From: Fibrobacter succinogenes subsp. succinogenes S85
GTDB taxonomy: Bacteria; Fibrobacterota; Fibrobacteria; Fibrobacterales; Fibrobacteraceae
Reading direction: 5' to 3'
Length of the DNA stretch: 32,000 nt
Assembly: GCF_000146505.1 (NCBI RefSeq)
Contig: NC_017448.1
Span: 2,850,001-2,882,000 of the forward strand
The position numbers were made by a program, and so were the translations under genes. Below are positions 25,002 through 32,000 of this stretch, piece by piece (the first letter of the stretch is position 1; the number at the start of each line of letters is the position of its first letter). The notes beneath the pieces were generated by a model. The model ran no database searches and was not told where the DNA came from. It worked only from the letters and a program-made list of their open reading frames with translations.

Positions 25002-26396
25002 ATGGAAGATGTAATAAACAATAAAAAACTTAACGCGATGGGGACGGCAAGTATCCCGAAGATTGTCTTGCAGTTTTCGGTCCCTGCCATCATCAGTATG
25101 CTCGTCGAAGCGCTCTACAATATTGTGGACCGCTATTTCGTGGGTCAGGGCGTCGGTAGCCTTGGCATCGGCGGCATCACCATCTGCTTTCCGATTGCCC
25201 TTTTCATTATGGCGATGTCCATGATGGTTGGCGTGGGTGGCAACACGCTTTTTGCCATCCGTCTCGGCGAACGCAAGTACCAGCAGGCAGCCATTATCCT
25301 CAACAACTCCTTTGTATTGCTCATCATTATGGCGGTGAGCTCCTTTACGCTTGGCCAGATTTTCATGGAGCCGCTCCTCAAGCTCTTTGGCGCTAGCGAC
25401 CAGCTTTTGCCTGTGGCCTCGAGTTACATGCGCATCATCTTGTGCGGTGCGATTTTCCAGACGATTGTCCCCGGCATGAACCACTTTATCCGCAGCATGG
25501 GCCACCCGAAAACGGCCATGACCCGCGTGATGATTGGCGCTGGCAGTAACGTGATTCTAGACTGGCTTTTCATCATGAAGTTCAACTGGGGCATTGAGGG
25601 CGCTGCTTGGGCGACTGTCTTGAGCCAGTTCATCGGCGGCCTTGCCGTGATGCAGTTCTTCGTGAAAAAGACGACGCCTATCAAGGTCAACCGCCGTTAC
25701 ATGAAGCTCCGCCTCCCGTATGTGCGCAAAATCTTCATTCTTGGCCTTCCGCCGAGCATTATGCAGATTAGCAACAGCCTTGTGAACGCCATTTTGGCCC
25801 GCAGCCTCACATCGTATGGTACTCGTGACTTGCCGATAGTGAACGGTATGACGGGAGGCGACCAGGCAATTGCCGCATTCGGAATCCTGATGAGTATCGT
25901 CTCCATGATTGTTTTGCCACTTATGGGCTTTGTGACGGGCTCTCAACCGATTATCGGGTACAATTACGGCGCAAAGTACAACAACCGTGTCCGTGACGCG
26001 CTCAAGTTCACCATGCTCTATGCAACGGCGTTCATCGTGATTGCGTGGATTCTCATGATGACGAATACGCTTGCGTTTGTGGCGCCTTTTGTGCCGAACG
26101 ACCAGAACATGCAACAGCTCACGTGCAAAGCTCTCCGCACCTTCATTTGCATGATGCCGTTTGTACCGCTAGGTATGGTGTCGGGTAACTTTTTCCAGGG
26201 AACGGGCAAAGCCTGGCGTTCGATGTTCCTAAACGCTTGCCGTCAGCTTATTTTGCTGATTCCGTTCCTGTTTATTATGCCGCGTTTCTTCGGACTCCGT
26301 GGCGTGTTCATGGCTCAGCCCATCGCGGACTTTGTGACGGCCTTTATCGCCATCATCATGCTCCGCGCCGAACTCAAAAACATCCCGCGCATCTAG
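25002..26396 (+). CDS. MATE-family multidrug/efflux transporter
   Basis: I prefer ATG 25002 (MEDVINNKKL). IPKIVLQFSVPAIISMLVEALYNIVDRYFVGQGVG is the classic MATE N-terminus. About 12 hydrophobic segments. Confidence 0.9.
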   Translation: MEDVINNKKLNAMGTASIPKIVLQFSVPAIISMLVEALYNIVDRYFVGQGVGSLGIGGITICFPIALFIMAMSMMVGVGGNTLFAIRLGERKYQQAAIILNNSFVLLIIMAVSSFTLGQIFMEPLLKLFGASDQLLPVASSYMRIILCGAIFQTIVPGMNHFIRSMGHPKTAMTRVMIGAGSNVILDWLFIMKFNWGIEGAAWATVLSQFIGGLAVMQFFVKKTTPIKVNRRYMKLRLPYVRKIFILGLPPSIMQISNSLVNAILARSLTSYGTRDLPIVNGMTGGDQAIAAFGILMSIVSMIVLPLMGFVTGSQPIIGYNYGAKYNNRVRDALKFTMLYATAFIVIAWILMMTNTLAFVAPFVPNDQNMQQLTCKALRTFICMMPFVPLGMVSGNFFQGTGKAWRSMFLNACRQLILLIPFLFIMPRFFGLRGVFMAQPIADFVTAFIAIIMLRAELKNIPRI

Positions 26397-27274
26397 GGCG
26401 CAGTGTTGAGCAGTCCATCGCTTTCGGCGATGAGCTCGTTCATCTGCGTGACTTCGGCGCCCTGGCGCGACACAAGCCCAATGGAAATCGTCACAGGGAT
26501 TCTGGAATCCATCCATGAGAATATGTGGCGTTCAATGACCAAACGCATTTTTTCGGCGCGCTTTTTCGCGTCTTCGGGTGAAATCCCGTTCATGAGGAGC
26601 ATGAACTTTTCGCCTTTGTTGCGTGCGAGCAAATCCGAATCACGCTTCTCGTCGTTCAATAGCCTTGCTACTTCCTTCAAAATCAGGTCGCCGCACATTT
26701 CGCCGTTGGTTTCCGTCAGTTGCTTGAATCCATCCACGCGAATCATCGCTACGTGGACGAAAGCACCCCCACGGCGGGCGCTTACAAGTTCACCTGCCGA
26801 GCGGTCCATGAATGTTTGGTGGTTCAGAAGCCCCGTCAGTTCATCCAACGTCGCCGCTTCGTAAAGCTCACGACTAAATGCTTCTTCGTTCGAATCCTTG
26901 TAGGCGATTTTCAGTACGATTTTACCAATCTGGAGCCTGTTGTCCGAATCGAGAATTTGCTTATTTATATAGTTACCGTCCACGAACGTCCCGTTCGTGC
27001 TGCCGAGGTCTTCGACCGTCACGCTCTGGCCGTCAAACGTGAGTGCGCAATGTCTGCGGCTTACCAGTTCGTCTTCAAAACGGATGTCGGCGTCTTGTCC
27101 GCGACCGAGCACCACGGTCCCCAATTCAAGCGGGAGCTCCGCGAATTCACTTTGCGGGTACAGCACGATCAAGTGCGGGTGAACGGCCATCGGTTTTAAA
27201 ATTTCCATAAAATCCCTTGTAAATCCCGACCCAAATATAGGAAGTCGGAGCTCCATCGGGTATTGCGGAGTCAT
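26393..27274 (-). CDS. FHA-domain protein with degenerate GGDEF domain
   Basis: FHA: VVLGRGQDADIRFEDELVSRRHCALTF..VEDLGSTNGTFVDG. GGDEF domain: DELTGLLNHQTF...IRVDGFKQLTETNGEMCGD...RDSDLLARNKGEKFMLLM...VTISIG. Its stop overlaps the MATE stop within CTAG (26393-26396). Confidence 0.8.
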   Translation of the reverse strand: MTPQYPMELRLPIFGSGFTRDFMEILKPMAVHPHLIVLYPQSEFAELPLELGTVVLGRGQDADIRFEDELVSRRHCALTFDGQSVTVEDLGSTNGTFVDGNYINKQILDSDNRLQIGKIVLKIAYKDSNEEAFSRELYEAATLDELTGLLNHQTFMDRSAGELVSARRGGAFVHVAMIRVDGFKQLTETNGEMCGDLILKEVARLLNDEKRDSDLLARNKGEKFMLLMNGISPEDAKKRAEKMRLVIERHIFSWMDSRIPVTISIGLVSRQGAEVTQMNELIAESDGLLNTAP

Positions 27275-27365
27275 GTCTTTTTTGTCTGTGACCGCGTAAT
27301 GTCTGTCCCTTGCCTAAATATATGATACGTCTATGATACAACCGAAATCACACTCTCTGTAAAAG

Positions 27366-27399
27366 TTGCATTTACATAGGCTCTTTTGTAAAAATGCAA
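27366..27399. promoter_or_regulatory. Inverted repeat in the divergent control region
   Basis: TTGCATTTaca..(10 nt)..tgtaaAAATGCAA has perfect 8-bp outer arms. It lies between the FHA-GGDEF start (27274) and the giant ORF start (27578). Confidence 0.3.
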
Positions 27400-27577
27400 T
27401 TACAAACAATGTTGAAAGTTTGTGAATTAGTCTGTGGATTTCCTTACATAAATTTTTTTTCACAATGATTTACAAGAAAAAATTCCCTTTTTTGGTTTAA
27501 AAAAGTAGATTTCAGTCGGTGTAGTATATCGAGGAGGCTGGTCTTCTTGATGTTCTGCGTGGTCGGAGAGAACCGAA

Positions 27578-30500
27578 ATGGATAAAAAAACAATGAAGAA
27601 CAGAATCAAATCCTTTAAATTGTGGGTGTTGAGCTGTGCTATGCTCATTGCCGGTGTTCAAAGTGCATCGGCATCATTGACCGGGTGTGAGGGAACCGTT
27701 TATCTAAAGTTGCCTGATAGTTGGACTGCCGCTTATTCTGCTGCTGGTGGCCAGTTTGTGGCTTTTTCAAAGAGTACGACGTATACCGGTTGGTACGAAA
27801 TTAGCTCTACCAAAATCGGTGGTACGAACGGAGCTACAGAATTCTTTATCTCGAAGGCTCTGAATGACTATGGCCAGCAGGGTGGTATTACCAAGACCAC
27901 TATTGGCGCCAATGTCCAGTTTGATCAGGGTAAGGGCTTCTCTTGCGCCGATTTCGGTACAAAGACGAACGAACTCTGGATTCAGCCTGATTTCTCGGAT
28001 CCGACCAAGCCGTTAGTTCAGGGTGAACCGCCTGACGTCAAGTATTTCTATGTGTTCTTGCCGGATGACAAGATTTGGAAGAGCTCCGATCCTATCATTG
28101 TCGAAAATGGCAAAGAACGTAAGATGAACATTGACGAAAACTGCGGCTGGTACTACAGACGCTATGTCAATGAATCTCTCCCGACCGAAGTCATTATCCG
28201 TCGTGATGATGATACCGAACTCAAGTATGCTATCGGTATGGATGGCGAAAAGGGTTATAACAACGGCGATGCTGCTATTCCAATAGATTTGGAAGGCATG
28301 TTTGATAACTTTAAGTCGGATGCTACCTTTGCTGGCTCTCTCTTCTTTGTCGCTGACGAAAAGCAGGCTGCCGCACTTCCGAGTGATTTTGCTGGTTGGT
28401 ATGTCGACAGGCCGGATATTCACGGTAACTGCTCTTACAACCTCGCTGCTATTATTTACGATACTGACGCTAGCTTGCATCCGGCATTCTCTTGCTGGAG
28501 CCAGGGTGGTGAAGGCTGCCAGGCTATGACTGGTGTTGCCGCTCAGGGTGTTGACAAGACTGTTGCCCTTGCTGCTATCGATGCTTGTATCGGTGTTACT
28601 TCTGGCCTTGTGGAAAGCACCTTGGATAAGGCTACCAAGAAGCCGAAGCTCTCTACGAAGGGTAAGAAGTGCTTTATTGACGACGCTTACTTCAACCAGT
28701 TGTTCAACTACACCGCTGGTGTGAACGAAATGACTTGCTTTGATATGCCGTTTAGCCGTGCAAAAGATGGCAAGTGGGAATTTAATTCCGATGACTATGT
28801 CAGCCCGGGTATGAAGATTGAAGTTCCGGGTGGTTTCTATCCGGCAGAAGCTACGGACGCCCTCAAGCTTGAAGAAGCTAAGGCTGGCCAGACTCCGGTT
28901 CCGGCAGCTCGTACCAAGCGTTATGCTCAGGGTCCTGCTTACTATGGTGCCGCTCTCCGCGCCATTGATCCGGCTACGGATATGCCTGTTATTGACGTCT
29001 ATTGCAATGGCCCGGGTTGGAAGAAGGGGCATGATTGCGAAGGTATCTTTGGCGACGGTACTGTTACCGAAGCCCAGATCCGCTCTGATTTGGACCTTAC
29101 GAATGGCGATTTGATTATTGGCTGGGATGATGTCAATAACGCTCCTGATGGCTGGCCGATTTTTGCGGGTGGTTCTGAAACTTTGGCTACCTCTACGACC
29201 ACGACTAAGTCTACTCGTTGGGAATCTAAGGAAGGTGTTGCTTCTGGCAATGGTGGCCGTAACCAGCACTTCTGCTTCGAATCTCATGCTAACTTCCGTT
29301 TCAAGCCGGGTCTGAAGTTCAACTTCCGCGGTGACGACGACATTTGGGTCTTTATCGATAACAAGCTTGCTGTGGACCTCGGTGGTACTCACCTTGCAGC
29401 ACCGGGCTATGTGGACTTGGATACGTTCATGCCGAACGCCAAGACCGACTCTACCTATGATATCGATATCTTCTTCTGCGACCGCCGTACGACGATGAGT
29501 AACGTCCGTATCAAGACGAACATGTTCATCGAACAGAATACGGGTATTGAATACGAAGGCTTCCAGAACCTTGAACAGTGGAAGCTCACTGGCGATAACG
29601 AATTCGAACTTTGCTTTACCCAGTCTGGTGCCGGTAACTGCGCTGCCCAGGTTGGTGCCGCAAGCACAAAACTCTGCGGTGAACAGATTAAGGCCGCCGG
29701 TCATACCATTGCTTACCAGTTCACCAGAAATGATCCGACTGGCTCTGCTCCTGGTTCCATAATTGTTTCTGAAGAAGATTTCGCCGCTAATCCGGTCCAG
29801 CTCGAAGGCATTATCGATGTGACGAACCCGGGTAAGCCGGTTGTCAACGAAAAGAAGTTGATGGAAAGCCTCTCTCAGGGTACGTACTATCTGCGCATCA
29901 AGATTGATACCGAAATTGCAACGATGTCCTGGACCATTAAGGGTAGCGTTGGCCTTACTTCTCGTAACGCTGTCGTTGAAGCCGATGGCAAGACGAGCGC
30001 TGAAATTCCGTTTGTCTCTTCTGCTATGGCTTCGGACAAAAAGACTACTGCCGACGGTATGATTCGTCTCCTCGTCGCTCCGGTTGTTGATCCGTGTGCA
30101 GGTAACGCAGCTTGCACGACTCCGCTCAAGTTGAACCCGTCTGTCGGTGATGAATACTCCTTGGTATCTACCAATACAAAGGCCGTGTTCTACGAAATGA
30201 AGGGCGGTGTACTTACCCAGTTCGATCCGAGCAGAACTCGCAAGATTGGTGCTGGTGGTATCGATACTATTTATGTCACGGTTCCGTTCTCTGAATTTGA
30301 CGTGAGCGACGTTGAAAAGGTGACCGTCAATGTTAAGCAGAGCTCTCTCAAGGCTGAACTTTCCTTCTTCGTTCCGAAGATTGTGTTTGTGACCTCCGAG
30401 ACCTCTTTGGAGCAGCCTGATATGACCAAGGACCTTGAAAAGATGAAGCTCGAAATGGTCGACTTCTACATTCTCGCCCTTGACCAGAACAACAATCCTT

Positions 30501-32000
30501 GCTTGACCTGTAACTTTGATTTGGGCCGCGGATCTCAGACCTCAGCTGGTATCAAGATTGTTACGGGTGCCGATAATACTATCTCTGTCAAAGATGGCCG
30601 TGCAACGGTGACTATCTATTCTGAACTCACGTACGAACGTGGAGGCACAAATGGTGTTGCAGCCCTCCACTTGACGGGTCCGGCTCCGACTTTGATGTCT
30701 GCCCTCTATCCGAACTTGATCTTTAGCGAACCTCCGGTTCCGATGCCGAAGTTTGCTGATATCTTTGACGTTCATGGTGAAACACCGACGACGGAAATGA
30801 ATGTTGAAGCTCCGTACTTCAGCATGCAGACAGAATACCTCGATGGTATCGCAGACTCCATTGTCATCTACTACGCTCGTGAATTCCATAAGGACTCTCT
30901 CCCGGGCAAGATCGCTATCTTCTGGGAAGAAGACGCTAAGGATTCTGTGCTCTTTGAAAAGGACGAAGTTGCTGCAGGTGCTTATTGCGGTATGCCTGCT
31001 GCATCTGCCGACTCCTTGTGCGCTCCGAAAATCACTCTTGGCGGCAAGAAGCTCTCCAAGAAGGTGAAGACGGGTGGCGTGGGTAAGATTAAGTCCTGGG
31101 CTACTTACATGTCTCGTGGTACCGTGGTCACGCAGGATTACTCTTGCACGATTTACGACCGTATTGCTCCGGTTATCATCGGTGCGAGAGCCAAGACCGA
31201 AGCTTCTAGCGAAACGGTGAAGCTTACTATCCAGTTCTCTGAACCGATTCAGAAGTCTACCGATGCTGCTGCTGAAGGCGACAAGATGCTTTCCTTCTTC
31301 ATCAATAACGGCAAGGCAACTGGTTTCTATGAACACATCCCGCTTTTGACGGGTACTTCCTTCCCGGAAGGTTCGACCAACGAAAACCTCACGTTGCTCT
31401 ACAGCCAGAAGAATAGCTCCGGTGTATTCCCGCAGTCTGGTGACTACATCCACTTCAGACATCTCATGATTACCGATCAGTCTGACTATATGACCTATCC
31501 GGGGGCTGATACGATTCGTCCGGCTGATGATGCCTCTTTCAAGTGGAACGTCGCTACGGGTTATGATCCTCTCGGTTCTGGCCGTAAGCCGTCTCCGTGG
31601 GCTCTGATCTCTGGTCAAGTTAACTCCTATGCTGTAAGACTCATTCCGGATGCCAAGGGTGGCATTCCGAAGACTCCGGGTGAAGCTGCAAACCTCGATG
31701 TTGTGGAAGTCTTTACCTATGATGCTGCTAAGGACGATGATGACTTCAGAAAGGATATCCGTGCTGGTCAGGGCGAATTTGAAAAGTATGGCTTCATTCC
31801 TCATGGCTGGTATGTCAAGAGCGATATGGGCAATTTGATTGAATCGGAAGACCAGTTCGTCAATGCCGACAAGAAGAACGTGTTCTTTGATTATGAACTC
31901 CAGTTCTTCACGAATCTTGGTTCGTTTGTCGCTAGCCAGAAGGGCCGCATCTATTGCGATGACGATGAAAACATGAAGAACAACAGAAAGTACTACTTCG
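27578..32000 (+). CDS. Very large secreted fibro-slime-domain protein, 3'-truncated by window end (at least 1474 codons)
   Basis: Hand translation of frame +2 found no stop from ATG 27578 (GGAGAG 8 nt upstream) to nt 32000. Signal peptide is MDKKTMKNRIKSFKLWVLSCAMLIAGVQSASA. Residues ~557-653 (nt 29246-29536) read GNGGRNQHFCFESHANFRFKPGLKFNFRGDDDIWVFIDNKLAVDLGGTHLAAPGYVDLD...YDIDIFFCDRRTTMSNVRIKTNM, which is the fibro-slime/PA14-like signature. All + strand track ORFs in this span are in a different frame (frame 0). This ORF is not in the supplied track. Confidence 0.85.
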   Translation, partial: MDKKTMKNRIKSFKLWVLSCAMLIAGVQSASASLTGCEGTVYLKLPDSWTAAYSAAGGQFVAFSKSTTYTGWYEISSTKIGGTNGATEFFISKALNDYGQQGGITKTTIGANVQFDQGKGFSCADFGTKTNELWIQPDFSDPTKPLVQGEPPDVKYFYVFLPDDKIWKSSDPIIVENGKERKMNIDENCGWYYRRYVNESLPTEVIIRRDDDTELKYAIGMDGEKGYNNGDAAIPIDLEGMFDNFKSDATFAGSLFFVADEKQAAALPSDFAGWYVDRPDIHGNCSYNLAAIIYDTDASLHPAFSCWSQGGEGCQAMTGVAAQGVDKTVALAAIDACIGVTSGLVESTLDKATKKPKLSTKGKKCFIDDAYFNQLFNYTAGVNEMTCFDMPFSRAKDGKWEFNSDDYVSPGMKIEVPGGFYPAEATDALKLEEAKAGQTPVPAARTKRYAQGPAYYGAALRAIDPATDMPVIDVYCNGPGWKKGHDCEGIFGDGTVTEAQIRSDLDLTNGDLIIGWDDVNNAPDGWPIFAGGSETLATSTTTTKSTRWESKEGVASGNGGRNQHFCFESHANFRFKPGLKFNFRGDDDIWVFIDNKLAVDLGGTHLAAPGYVDLDTFMPNAKTDSTYDIDIFFCDRRTTMSNVRIKTNMFIEQNTGIEYEGFQNLEQWKLTGDNEFELCFTQSGAGNCAAQVGAASTKLCGEQIKAAGHTIAYQFTRNDPTGSAPGSIIVSEEDFAANPVQLEGIIDVTNPGKPVVNEKKLMESLSQGTYYLRIKIDTEIATMSWTIKGSVGLTSRNAVVEADGKTSAEIPFVSSAMASDKKTTADGMIRLLVAPVVDPCAGNAACTTPLKLNPSVGDEYSLVSTNTKAVFYEMKGGVLTQFDPSRTRKIGAGGIDTIYVTVPFSEFDVSDVEKVTVNVKQSSLKAELSFFVPKIVFVTSETSLEQPDMTKDLEKMKLEMVDFYILALDQNNNPCLTCNFDLGRGSQTSAGIKIVTGADNTISVKDGRATVTIYSELTYERGGTNGVAALHLTGPAPTLMSALYPNLIFSEPPVPMPKFADIFDVHGETPTTEMNVEAPYFSMQTEYLDGIADSIVIYYAREFHKDSLPGKIAIFWEEDAKDSVLFEKDEVAAGAYCGMPAASADSLCAPKITLGGKKLSKKVKTGGVGKIKSWATYMSRGTVVTQDYSCTIYDRIAPVIIGARAKTEASSETVKLTIQFSEPIQKSTDAAAEGDKMLSFFINNGKATGFYEHIPLLTGTSFPEGSTNENLTLLYSQKNSSGVFPQSGDYIHFRHLMITDQSDYMTYPGADTIRPADDASFKWNVATGYDPLGSGRKPSPWALISGQVNSYAVRLIPDAKGGIPKTPGEAANLDVVEVFTYDAAKDDDDFRKDIRAGQGEFEKYGFIPHGWYVKSDMGNLIESEDQFVNADKKNVFFDYELQFFTNLGSFVASQKGRIYCDDDENMKNNRKYYF

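Noticed and set aside
28013-29704. 563-aa minus-strand ORF from the track
   Set aside because: It is antisense to the continuous + strand frame-2 ORF. The translation is Arg/Ser/Thr/Leu-rich with no motifs, signal peptide or RBS. This is a typical shadow ORF of a codon-biased gene.
30542-31804. 420-aa minus-strand ORF from the track
   Set aside because: It is another antisense shadow of the fibro-slime ORF, rejected for the same reasons.
1-32000. tRNA, rRNA, CRISPR arrays, transposases, integrases or phage genes
   Set aside because: I found none by eye in any intergenic region or ORF translation. I cannot exclude small ncRNAs without running covariance-model searches.

Overview
The gene content points to a Fibrobacter (F. 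succinogenes-like) chromosome segment: a TIGR02147-family gene, a fibro-slime domain, and many lipoproteins and Ser-rich linkers. This assignment is an inference. I support about 33 protein genes and recognised no rRNA, tRNA, CRISPR array, transposase or integrase. 1-10.2 kb is housekeeping: a ModF-like ABC ATPase cut by the window start, crcB, mrp plus a DUF971 gene, and a compact RpoD-like sigma factor. The sigma gene is co-linear with two TPR envelope proteins and rlpA, and prfA-prmC follow on the minus strand. 10.2-13.4 kb is an AT-rich accessory patch. It holds a ~45-nt element present twice (10383-10427 and 13068-13113), a GNAT C-terminal remnant, three envelope genes (one split at a T7 homopolymer) and an orphan 75-aa gene. 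Next come a LamG lipoprotein, trmO, two tandem paralogous beta-barrel-like genes, and an RmlD-like reductase with a NUDIX hydrolase. After those are a TIGR02147 gene with two paralogous lipoproteins and a CE4 esterase with a sorting-type C-terminal domain. The last listed genes are a divergent SAHH-like plus arylamine-N-acetyltransferase-like pair, a MATE exporter, and an FHA protein with a degenerate GGDEF domain. The most important observation is at the right end. From 27578 to the window end, frame +2 is one uninterrupted ORF of at least 1474 codons with a signal peptide and a fibro-slime/PA14-like module. It is absent from the supplied ORF track, which shows only antisense shadow ORFs there. 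All functional calls come from hand-read motifs; no database or HMM searches were run.
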